Shown: positions 19,365-28,819 of the stretch, piece after piece
How positions within the stretch are numbered: the first letter of the stretch is position 1
Layout of the letters: every line of letters starts with the position of its first letter
From: an uncultured Verrucomicrobiales bacterium
GTDB taxonomy: Bacteria > Verrucomicrobiota > Verrucomicrobiia > Verrucomicrobiales > DEV007
DNA: 64,000 nucleotides
Assembly (NCBI GenBank): GCA_938091905.1
Contig: CALKOM010000014.1
Coordinates: 1-64,000 of the forward strand
Direction of reading: 5' to 3'
The notes under the pieces: model-generated
What the model was told of the DNA's origin: nothing
What the model saw: only the letters and a program-made list of their open reading frames with translations
The model's database searches: none
Translations under genes and position numbers: made by a program

Positions 19365-20000
19365 ATGCCATTGACCGACACCCAGACGCAAGAGTCTCCA
19401 CCAAAGACTGGTCTCGAAGACGAGCCGCGCACCGCGCAAGAAGCACGCTGGGATGAGAACTTCGCCAAACTAGCATTACGCTATGCCGGAGGAGAACACG
19501 CCGATGTCCTTTACGCTCCTTGCGGGAGTACCGGACAATTCTACGAACTCCTGGCAAGCCGCGCGAAGCATCTGCATCTCGTCGAAGACAATCCCGCCAA
19601 ACTCGAATCCCTTCTCGCCACTCATCCGGATGCCAAACGCTGGGAGCCCCAGGTTGGCGAAGTCGCAAACCTTCCTCTAACAGACCAAAGCGTAGACCTC
19701 GCGTTCTGCATGCATCATTTCTACGACCTGCAGGATTCGGAGTCTCGTCTTGCGGCGCTCAAGGAACTCGCCCGCGTGAGCCGCCGTTACGTCGCCATCA
19801 GCGTGCATGACCGCGCGACCCTGAGCTATATTCGCAAACGCATTCGCAGCGAGAAGTCGTTCCCGGACTCTCTCAGAATGGCGACCATCCTCAAAGAGGC
19901 TGCCCACGCTGATCTAGGATTGGTGCTCAAGCACCCAACACTATCACTGTTCGCTTATCAGCGCTCGCTACTCTTCGAGAAAACTTCAGCGCGAGGTTAA
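19365..20000 (+). CDS. Class I SAM-dependent methyltransferase (divergent motif I)
   Basis: VLYAPCGSTG, LPLTDQSVDLAFC, ALKELARVSRRYV. Confidence 0.75.
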   Translation: MPLTDTQTQESPPKTGLEDEPRTAQEARWDENFAKLALRYAGGEHADVLYAPCGSTGQFYELLASRAKHLHLVEDNPAKLESLLATHPDAKRWEPQVGEVANLPLTDQSVDLAFCMHHFYDLQDSESRLAALKELARVSRRYVAISVHDRATLSYIRKRIRSEKSFPDSLRMATILKEAAHADLGLVLKHPTLSLFAYQRSLLFEKTSARG

Positions 20001-21007
20001 AGCATGCCCCGAGCAACCAGGTTGTTGAGACGGTGCGCCACATTCTCAACCCCGTCCAACACGGTATCGCTGTAGCTACGACCATCGGTCGTATCAATGC
20101 CATGCCCGGAGTCCAGCTTGCGAAGCCCTTCCAACGCAGGGTCCTCATGGTGAAAGAGTTCGACGAAAACATACTCCAGCTTACCTGTCTTCGCACAAGC
20201 AGCCATGAGTGCGCCAATCCACCCATCATCCGTGGTTAGGCAGCCGCGCGTGGTCTTGCTAGAAGCATGGAACATCCCGAGCTCTCCCGCTTTGGCCATG
20301 TCACGAATCACGGCCTCATTCTCGGGAATGGTTAGGCTGGAATCTCCACAGTGAGCAGCATCTACCATCACCTTGAAGAAGGCCTTACCTAGAGCCTTGT
20401 TCGTGGCTTTGACGATTGACCACGCCTTGCCTACATCCGTGAAGGTCTGAAACTCGCCACCCCGCAGAAACTCCATGTGCCATGCTTTAATACCACTGTT
20501 AGCAAGATCAGCCTCAGCATAGGCTCGCACATGCACTTTCACATTCTGAGCAACAGCGGCATCAAAATCAGCGCCCACTTTGGGAGTTGCCCCTGGCTTC
20601 ATCCATTCTTCGATCGATGTAGAAGCCACTTGGGTAATCTCATGTTGTTTAGCCAGGGTCAACCCATCCACCAGCATGCCAACGACCGCATCTTCGTCGT
20701 CGGGATTCATCGGATCAGCTCCACCGACCATGAGAATGAGGTGCACGGCCAGCCCCAGCGCCTTGAGACCCTCTATCATCTCATCATTATCTCCGGGCTC
20801 GACTCCTGGAAACACCGAAATCTGCACACAGTTAAATTTGACCGACGATTTCTGCACCAAGTGGGCCATTTCTGTAACAACCAAAAGCTTGCCATCCTCG
20901 CCGCGAGGCAGTCGGCCCTCTTCCGGAACCAGCCCGCCCACAAACTTGATGTGCGTAGGCACGATCCCGAGTTCCACCGATGTTCTGAGTGTGATGCTTT
21001 CAGCCAT
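19997..21007 (-). CDS. TIM-barrel sugar isomerase/epimerase-like protein (xylose isomerase-like fold)
   Basis: HMEFLRGGE, MVDAAH, FHAS...RG, VELF metal-site pattern as in ketose 3-epimerases. Confidence 0.7.
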   Translation of the reverse strand: MAESITLRTSVELGIVPTHIKFVGGLVPEEGRLPRGEDGKLLVVTEMAHLVQKSSVKFNCVQISVFPGVEPGDNDEMIEGLKALGLAVHLILMVGGADPMNPDDEDAVVGMLVDGLTLAKQHEITQVASTSIEEWMKPGATPKVGADFDAAVAQNVKVHVRAYAEADLANSGIKAWHMEFLRGGEFQTFTDVGKAWSIVKATNKALGKAFFKVMVDAAHCGDSSLTIPENEAVIRDMAKAGELGMFHASSKTTRGCLTTDDGWIGALMAACAKTGKLEYVFVELFHHEDPALEGLRKLDSGHGIDTTDGRSYSDTVLDGVENVAHRLNNLVARGML

Positions 21008-21105
21008 GCGCTGTGTTCGCGTAAATCAGATAGGGCGTCAAGCTTGGAGACTTAACCCCATGAAAGAGAGTGCAGCCCGACGGATCATGGACGAAACTCG
21101 AAACC

Positions 21106-22770
21106 ATGATCCGTCCTCTCGCGATCGTTTTGGCCTCTATGATGGTGAGTCCTATCTCCCTAATCGCCGACTCAGTGTGGGTTGAAGGAGAAACCGGTCA
21201 AACCACCAACCTGCGCAAGAACGGCTGGTATTCGTCCGTTCGAGCACAAGATTTGTCCGGAGCGGACTGGCTTGCCACGTATGGAAGTGATGTTCCCGTC
21301 GTCGCCACCTTTCCTCTTACGTTCACAAAAGCTGGGAACTACACGTTGTGGGTTCGAGCAAATCCTATCAACGCAACACTTCACGCTGCAATTGGTGCTT
21401 CAGAAAAATGGTTAGAAGTTCCTATTTCCTCAGATCGCCATGAAATAATTAACATTGCCTCTGATGGCAAACCAGACCTGCGCTTCCTCGCATGGAGCAA
21501 AGTTGGGCCGATATCGCTAGTAGAAGGCGAAACAAGACTTCGCTTTCGAATGTCTTCCAAGAATCGCAACCATGGTGCCATCGATTGTTTCTGCCTCACC
21601 ACCGACTCCGAGTGGAAACCAATTGGTATCTTAAAACCTAACGAATCTTCCAGTTGGCCCGCGCCAAAACTAACAGACACCAATCTCAGCCACTGGAGCG
21701 AATTCATTCGCCCGTCCGAAAAAGATCTCTCCTGGCGTGGCGTTCGTTGGCACCGCCATCTCGATGAAGCCGCGGCGGAAGCCAGCGACCTTGGGCGCCC
21801 CGTTCTCCTTTGGGCGATGAATGGGCATCCATGTGGTGAGACATGAAACAATGACGTCAAAGGACGCGACGAGATCTGGTCAGATCTCAACCTACAAAAG
21901 CTTTCCAAGGAATTTGTCTGTGTCATCGAGGAAACCTTTCATCTCCACCCGCCAAACTGGCTCAAGGATCCTCCGAGACCAAAGAGCACTGCGCTCTATC
22001 GCACCTATGTGAAGAATGCACCCAAGCTCTGGCCTAAAAACACCAGCACCTATCAAGGGTTCTATCTTATGAGCCCCACCGGTGACTACCTAGGTGGAAA
22101 CTTCGGCATTGTTCGTGAAGAAGAAGCGCGCAACTTGATGACAACAGCGTTAGAAAAATGGAAAGCGACGGGTGCGGCCATGCGCACCGTTTCAACGAAC
22201 CCTCCCGCCCTCTATGGTGGGAATGAGCCCCAACCTGGTTCTCTGAAACTGCAGCTCGCCTACCGTGACCTCCCACGCGGTGACGTTGAAAGACCAACCA
22301 CGGTCTACGTTCAGAATCCCTACAACCTCGGATGGTTTGATTTCTCAAAAGAGGAGGCGCGTGCGCTTCTCACAAAATCAGAAGAGCCGGTCACAATCCC
22401 GCACTCACTCTTTGCTAAGATGGCCACTCGAACACTAAAGGACGCTGTTCGGGGCCAGATGTCACGGTGGGATAGCTCGGCACTCCACTCTGGCTCCCTC
22501 ACTACGCAGCGAATCTTGAAAGCCGGTTCGCGGAGCTCCTATCGCCTAAAAGGATCCGTCAATCTGTCAGAGAATGAACGCCGCTATGAAGTTCAGTTGC
22601 TCGGCAAAGCCGTTTACGATGAACGCCTGCAGGCCTTTTTTGAATTTGAGCTCGTCGCCGTAGGCCAACGTAGTGGCAAAGGTGGTGCCAATGGCCGCGA
22701 AAACGATCTCGGACCTGCACCAATGGGAGTAGCTTTCAAGCTCTATCGATCACCCAAAACGAGCCGCTAA
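21106..22770 (+). CDS. Probable exported selenoprotein (~554 aa, Sec at codon 247): beta-sandwich domain plus thioredoxin-like domain
   Basis: Single frame with only TGA 21844-46 interrupting: ...RPVLLWAMNGHPCGET-U-NNDVKGRDEIWSDLNLQKLSKEFVCV..., continuing in frame into the 22009 ORF. SECIS-like hairpin downstream. Confidence 0.8.
21871..21888 (+). promoter_or_regulatory. Candidate bacterial SECIS element
   Basis: GAGATCT-GGTC-AGATCTC perfect 7-bp stem. The G-initiated loop begins 31 nt after the TGA. Confidence 0.7.
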
Positions 22771-22923
22771 CCAAGACTTCTTACATTGAGCATGTAGGTG
22801 AGATCTGCCGGATCAGACTCTAGCCTCTACCTTAGCGAAGCGATGAAGTTGTCCACTGTGCACGTGGTTGGATACGCATGGTATTCCCACACCACACCCA
22901 AGAAGTGCTCGCGCGACACGGGC

Positions 22924-23277
22924 TCACCCCGATGCTCGGCGGAAAAGCGCTCGCACCCGAGCAATGAGCTCTTTCATGCTGATGGGCTTCACCAAATAAT
23001 CATCTGCGTCCGTCTCCAGTCCAGCCACGCGATCATCTACCATGCCTTTGGCTGTCAACATCAGAATGGAGGGCTTACAACTACGACGCCGCAACTTCAG
23101 ACACACTCTGTAGCAATCCACCCCGGGCATCATCACGTCGAATAGAATCAGATTACAAGCGCGCTCCAAGCCAAGTTGACCATCTTCAGCTGTGGCCACA
23201 CGAGAACCATGCCCCCGCAAGGCCTCTGCTAGAGCCATCCTTATGGCCAGTTCGTCATCGATGATGAGTAGACTAGT
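22924..23277 (-). pseudogene. OmpR-family response regulator remnant (receiver only; start codon and DNA-binding domain lost)
   Basis: LLIIDDELAIRMALAEAL...LILFDVMMPG..ILMLTAKG..DRVAGL...ADDYLVKP..MKELIARVRALFRR, then stop. Confidence 0.8.
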
Positions 23278-23470
23278 CTAGGTACCGGACTTGGGTCGTG
23301 GAAACCGCAAGGTGAAGGTACTGGCTTTACCAGAAGCGCTATCAAGCATGACCTTGCCGCCGTAAGCCATAAGTAGCATTGACGCCACAGGTGCTCGCAA
23401 TTCATGCAACACGCGCGCCACAAACCGGCTCTCGATATCACTCGCGACGCAATGCATGCTGTGTCAACGC
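23278..23470 (-). pseudogene. Sensor histidine kinase remnant with large internal deletion
   Basis: Manual translation: SRFVARVLHELRAPVASMLLMA joined directly to YGGKVMLDSASGKASTFTLRFP*. Confidence 0.7.
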
Positions 23471-23619
23471 CAAGTGGTGCGTCTTTCAATCCACGACAGC
23501 AATTACGGTGATAACGCTTGTAGGGTTAAGAAGACGTTCAAAAATATTGTCATAACACCACGACCACGCCGAATGCAGCGTTCGACCATCATTCTTCTCC
23601 CACTGCGATGTCGTAAATT

Positions 23620-25193
23620 CTATAACACCGCCCCACTCAAGTATGGGCAGCGGGAATGACCCACTGAAGACGACATCGATGATCTCCTTCCGGGTGGTGC
23701 GACAGATTCTCGCACGTTGCCAGTCGACACTCTAATTATTCGGTCGTTGTGTCTTAGGAGTATTGGCCCAATCAGCAAGATGGCAGCCAAGCTGGGTGTC
23801 TCGCCAGAACCTGTCGCCAACAGTGTTTGATAGAGTATCTGCGGAAGGCATAGTGTGCTCGCTCCCTGCTTCTTCCATTCAAGATAACGCAATCGCATCG
23901 TATGGGCGCGCATAGGTCTACCCTGAACTTCGGCCCCAGGATCGGCCCCACGTGCGATCAGCTCCTGAGCCTCATCCCACTTCTTATCTTGCAGAGCATG
24001 GAACATGCGGTGTCTTCTCCTGATTATCACCGGCATCGATTTCTGCAACGGCCTCTATCAATGCTGGCACTAACTCGAAAGCCCCACCACGAACAGCTGC
24101 ATGTAGAACAGTCCCGCAAAACCGGTCCGTCATGGTTAGATCTGTTCGCGAAACAAGCTGGATGGAAAACTTGAAACGCTCACTGTCTGCAAGCGCTTAA
24201 TGAAATGCTGAGGGATATTGTCCCACAACAGCACTTACATCCGCGCCTTGCAGTGAGAGCAAAGCAAAGATCTCGTTTTGATCGCGGTCGATAGCCCAGA
24301 TTAGCGGTGTCGGTTCTCCTTCCGCAGCGACGAGATTCAGATTAGCATCCCGCTCATGCAACAGCTTCACAAAGGGATGTCCATCGCGAAGGACGGCAGG
24401 ATCTAACATCATTATTCTCCTTTCGCGTTTCTTGCCGTCAAAGCGAAACAAATCGTTCTTGATCTCGTATATGCCATTTGGAGTAGAATTCCTGTTCAAC
24501 AACAGCCTACCGACACTCTGGAACCCACTCACAATCGCCTCTCCTAGAGGAGAGCCGCACTCGATATCCACGCCTGACGTTATTAGATATTCACATGCTT
24601 TTAGGCGCCCATACTGCGCAGCGATCGAGAGAGCTGTTTCGTGATCGATATCCACGCCATTCTTGAGAAGAAACTCTAGAACCCGCAAGTGTCCGTTCCT
24701 AGCAGCTCGATGGACGGGAGCGTAACCTTCTTCCACGGCAGAAATCAGAACTGGGCTGTCTGAGATGATCTTGCTCAGACGCTCACTCTCCCTCGCTTCT
24801 CCCTCGCTTCTTCATCAAGCAAATCGAGCGCCGTTTCTACTGAAGAAGCTTTCTCTCACAAGGCGAGTAGATTCTCTCGCCTGAGCCGGGCAAGCGAATC
24901 ATGCGCGGGAAATTCGGCAAGCTACTGCAGATAAAGCTTCACTGCCTCCTTAGGGCGGTTCTGCTTACGCCGGACTTCGACGAGCCAGAAGAGCGCTGTA
25001 GCGGCGAACTGGCGATGGGAGTGGTAAGTCTCCAACAGCTTCTCATAGCCCGGGGCCGGTTGCGTCAGGCCTTGAGAGGCTTCCTCCTCAATTAGAGCCT
25101 CACGAAGAAGTTTCTCCAAGTCATCTCTGCGAGATTCTTGAGCAGAAAGGCTAAAGTAACAAGAACCGAAAGAATGAGGATCGATGGCTTCAT
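23620..25193 (-). pseudogene. Fragmented secreted TPR/ankyrin-repeat protein
   Basis: ATG 25193 gives MKPSILILSVLVTLA, then a frameshift to LLREALIEEEA...AATALF..., an in-frame stop, and ankyrin pieces (GYAPVHRAARNGHLRVLEFLL; TPLIWAI; ELIARGADP) in different frames. Confidence 0.75.
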
Positions 25194-25279
25194 TATACCA
25201 AGATAGCACCTGCCGCTCCCGCATTGCGTCATGGATGCGGCATATCGACATCTGTCAATCTTGTGCTAGTTCTGGTCCC

Positions 25280-26161
25280 TTGAAAAGATTCGTTCTCCCC
25301 GCTATCATCGTCACGCTCGTCCCCCTGCTCTTTGTCGAACCTCACGTCGCCCGTTGGCTTGAGTCGAACCGGACGACAAAGCGCCATGGTGAGATCATTC
25401 ACGAGATCACATCGACATACTCTCACATCAGGGTACGCGAACGAGGCAATGTACGTTGCCTGACATTCGTCGATCCAAATGGCCGCGAAGAACGCCAATC
25501 GGCAATCGACATAAAGAATCCTCATGCCATGCAGTTGGGCTACACCACCTCATTCTTTGCCTCGCTGCTATTTCGAGAACCTCAAGAGCGCGTGCTCATC
25601 GTTGGTCTGGGAGGAGGCGGCATGGTTCGCTTTCTGAACCATGCTTTTCCCGAAACGATGGTCGAAGCAGTGGAGATTGACCGCGTGGTCGTCGGCGTCG
25701 CCAAGAACTACTTTGGTACTATGGAAGGCCCCATGACAAAAATTCATGTGGCGGACGCCTTTGATTATCTCAAAGAACCTCACGGCCCCTTTGATGCTCT
25801 TTACATGGATGCCTTCCTCAAGCCATCAGTCGCTTCAGGTCTGGAGAATGTCACCCAGCGACTGAAAACCCTAGAGTTCCTTCAGAGCCTGCGCAGGCAA
25901 CTAAATCCTGGAGGCATCGTTGCATTTAATCTACACCAATACGCCTCCGCTACCCAGGACGATCTCGACGCCCTTAAGACGGCGTTCCCGCAGGTCTATC
26001 TCTTTGGCGTACCACGGACAGGTAATCTGATAGCCATCTGTACTATTGACCGCCAACGACTTACTACAGAGACTTTGGCAGAGCGAGCAACCAATCTAGA
26101 AACAAAGCTAGATGTCGACCTACCCTGGCAAAGCTTCGTCAATGAGCTACACCACCTTTAA
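25280..26161 (+). CDS. Spermidine-synthase-like SAM-dependent methyltransferase with N-terminal membrane anchor
   Basis: RVLIVGLGGG, VEAVEID, IHVADAFDYL, FDALYMDAF, LNPGGIVAFN. Probable TTG start at 25280. Confidence 0.85.
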   Translation: MKRFVLPAIIVTLVPLLFVEPHVARWLESNRTTKRHGEIIHEITSTYSHIRVRERGNVRCLTFVDPNGREERQSAIDIKNPHAMQLGYTTSFFASLLFREPQERVLIVGLGGGGMVRFLNHAFPETMVEAVEIDRVVVGVAKNYFGTMEGPMTKIHVADAFDYLKEPHGPFDALYMDAFLKPSVASGLENVTQRLKTLEFLQSLRRQLNPGGIVAFNLHQYASATQDDLDALKTAFPQVYLFGVPRTGNLIAICTIDRQRLTTETLAERATNLETKLDVDLPWQSFVNELHHL

Positions 26162-26334
26162 CGAAAGATTTCCGTTGATCCCGTCAATGCCCCCTTCTAG
26201 CATTCCACAGTGGCCTAGGGAGGTGATTGTAAAATTACTTGGGAGGGGGGGAATACTCCACTTAATGTGCGGTCGCCCCTCAGCTCACACTTTCCTGTCC
26301 CGGCATTGGGGCTACGAGGGTGTAAACCTACCTC

Positions 26335-27330
26335 ATGAATCGCCGAATTCTTCTAGCTTGCCCTTACCCCCTAGATTCTCCCCGCGGAAACAGTGTCTCC
26401 GCCAATCGCATCATTGGGATCCTCGAAGGGCTTGGCCACACTGTCATTCCGATATCTGGCCGAACTTCCTCTGAAGGCTCAGGAGATATTCTTATCGCGC
26501 TGCACGCAAGAAAGAGCGCTACGGCCATCGAAAGCTTTCACGCGAGGCATCCGCAACGCCCTGTCATCATCTTGCTCACAGGCTCCGATCTCTATGCCGA
26601 TCTAGAAGGTCCTCCAGAGAACCGCACAACCGTGCAGCAAACCCTTGCGCTCGCAACCCGACTGGTCGTTGCGCAAGGCGCCTCGATCACAGACATCCCA
26701 GAAACCTTTCGTGACAAAGCCCAGGTAGTTCCCAAGTCACCGCTAACTAATGTTCCCACTCGCATGAAGAACCGGTCACCAGGGCTCCTGAACGTCGTCC
26801 TTTCCAGTCACCTGCGCCCAGCCAAAGCACCGCTTCTTGTGCTTGAATCGCTAGCTCTTTTACCGGAGAGCATCGCCGTTCAGGTTGACCACTATGGACA
26901 TGCAGAGGATCCGGATCTAGGCCGCTATGCCCTCAATGCTTCTAAAGTCCCCAGAACTAAGTACTACTGGCATGGCAACAAGCCCCACAAAGAGATGTTA
27001 GCCACCTTTGCTCAAGCAGATCTCCTGTTAAACACATCTCGAGTCGAGGGCGGCGCCAATACCCTATGCGAGGCCATTCAAATGGGCCTACCCTGCCTTG
27101 CAACATCCATCCCACCCAACGCTGGCATGCTAGGTGAAGACTACCCTGGGCTCTTTCCAATGGATGATGCTCAGGCTCTAGCAATGTTGATAGAACGAAG
27201 CACTTCAGATGCCGATTTCCTCAACCAACTCACCTTAAAGGTTGAAATGAGGGCCCCTTTCTTTACAAGGCAGGCTGAAGCGGAAGCTTGGCAGAAAGTG
27301 ATCGAGGAAGCATCGTCCCTGTCTACGTAG
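26335..27330 (+). CDS. senB: SenB-like selenosugar synthase (TIGR04348-type glycosyltransferase)
   Basis: RGNSVSA.R, IALHARKSA, ILLTGSDLY, RLVV.Q, HLRPAKAP, SRVEGGAN..CEA, NAGMLGEDYPGLF match the SenB family signature. Confidence 0.8.
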   Translation: MNRRILLACPYPLDSPRGNSVSANRIIGILEGLGHTVIPISGRTSSEGSGDILIALHARKSATAIESFHARHPQRPVIILLTGSDLYADLEGPPENRTTVQQTLALATRLVVAQGASITDIPETFRDKAQVVPKSPLTNVPTRMKNRSPGLLNVVLSSHLRPAKAPLLVLESLALLPESIAVQVDHYGHAEDPDLGRYALNASKVPRTKYYWHGNKPHKEMLATFAQADLLLNTSRVEGGANTLCEAIQMGLPCLATSIPPNAGMLGEDYPGLFPMDDAQALAMLIERSTSDADFLNQLTLKVEMRAPFFTRQAEAEAWQKVIEEASSLST

Positions 27331-27453
27331 CATCGCTATTCTTGGCCGTCCTCAAAGGCGGCACACTTCTGCTAGAAATACATCATCGCCTGCTACACAG
27401 CCAATGCCTTGGACCAAAATTACTAACACTATATTTCGTAATAGTGCGTGTTT

Positions 27454-28239
27454 CTATCGCCTCACCCGGACCTCATCCGCGCTCGCCAGTACGCACCTCT
27501 TTCCTCCGCCAACGTCCAAGACGAGCTCACCTTCCGACCCAAGGTCAATCGCAGTGCCCTCAATAATCTTCACGCCAAGGCGGGCTCGTACCGGTTTGCC
27601 TAACAAGTAATGAGCCTTCTTCAACTCCGCCAATTGCTTTGCAAACGCCTCAGCTGGCGAACTCAGGATATCCGAGAGGCGATCAAGAATCCCGGCAGCA
27701 AAACCTACGCGGTCAATCCAGGTTCCCGTCACCTCCCGCAGCGACGTGGCAAGGTCTCGAATCTCCTCGGGCAATTCATCCTGTTGGACATTCACATTTA
27801 CCCCAACACCAATCACGGCAGAAGCTTCTCCACCACCTTGCATCTTCGTTTCAGCAAGTATTCCTGACACCTTACGATCCCCCAGATACAGGTCATTGGG
27901 CCACTTCACGAGGGGAGACGCTGGCGGATAGCCCTCAAGCGCTCGCTTCAAAGCCAACGCCGTCAGGTGCGTCAGCCTTCCCCAGTCACGTAGCGGCCAA
28001 GCTGGCCGAACCCGGCAAGAGAAGAGGAGATTGCTCTCGGGCGGCCCTCCAAACCAAACGTTTCCGCGTCGCCCACGACCCGCCGTTTGCCGTTCAGCAA
28101 ACAGCACCGTGCCAACAGTTTCTGAACCAACTGGCAAGTCGAGCACCGCATCGTTCGTCGAGGCCACCTCATCCGTCACGTGAATACTCCAGGCATCTTC
28201 ACGCTCCAGAGCAGCACCAACACTTTCCGCATCAAGCAC
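27454..28239 (-). CDS. birA: Biotin--protein ligase
   Basis: [35 protein letters not shown]. Probable GTG start overlapping the trpG stop. Confidence 0.93.
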   Translation of the reverse strand: MLDAESVGAALEREDAWSIHVTDEVASTNDAVLDLPVGSETVGTVLFAERQTAGRGRRGNVWFGGPPESNLLFSCRVRPAWPLRDWGRLTHLTALALKRALEGYPPASPLVKWPNDLYLGDRKVSGILAETKMQGGGEASAVIGVGVNVNVQQDELPEEIRDLATSLREVTGTWIDRVGFAAGILDRLSDILSSPAEAFAKQLAELKKAHYLLGKPVRARLGVKIIEGTAIDLGSEGELVLDVGGGKRCVLASADEVRVRR

Positions 28240-28813
28240 TGCCTGGACTTGGTAAGTCGAGGAAGTTCTGCAAAAGCTGCTTCCCATTCTCAGTCAGAAT
28301 AGACTCTGGATGAAACTGCAAACCATGAATCGGATACTCACGATGCTGCAAACCCATGATCTCATTCTCAGCCGTTTCCGCCGTGATCTTGAGCACCTCC
28401 GGAAAGGTCTCTCGTTTCACAATAAGAGAGTGATAACGGGTCGCCTCAAATGAGTCAGGCAGACCCTCAAAGATACTCTGCCCTTTATGGAGAATGGGGG
28501 ACGTCTTGCCATGCATGAGACGCTCGGCGCGAATGACATCCCCGCCAAAGACCTGACCGATGCATTGATGTCCAAGACAGACACCGAGAATCGGAATCGT
28601 CTTTCCAAAGGCACGCACCACTTCACAACTAATACCGGCTTCTGCTGGTGTGCAGGGACCAGGGGAAATACAGATCTTGTCTGGTGCAAGCTCACGGATT
28701 TCATCGATGGTGATCTCGTCATTCCGATAGACTTTGAGATCGGCACCGAGCTCACCAAAGTACTGCACCAAGTTGTAGGTGAACGAATCGTAATTATCGA
28801 TTACTAACAACAT
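28232..28813 (-). CDS. trpG: Anthranilate synthase component II (glutamine amidotransferase)
   Basis: [36 protein letters not shown]; adjacent to trpE. Confidence 0.93.
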   Translation of the reverse strand: MLLVIDNYDSFTYNLVQYFGELGADLKVYRNDEITIDEIRELAPDKICISPGPCTPAEAGISCEVVRAFGKTIPILGVCLGHQCIGQVFGGDVIRAERLMHGKTSPILHKGQSIFEGLPDSFEATRYHSLIVKRETFPEVLKITAETAENEIMGLQHREYPIHGLQFHPESILTENGKQLLQNFLDLPSPGSA

Positions 28814-28819
28814 CTTTGA

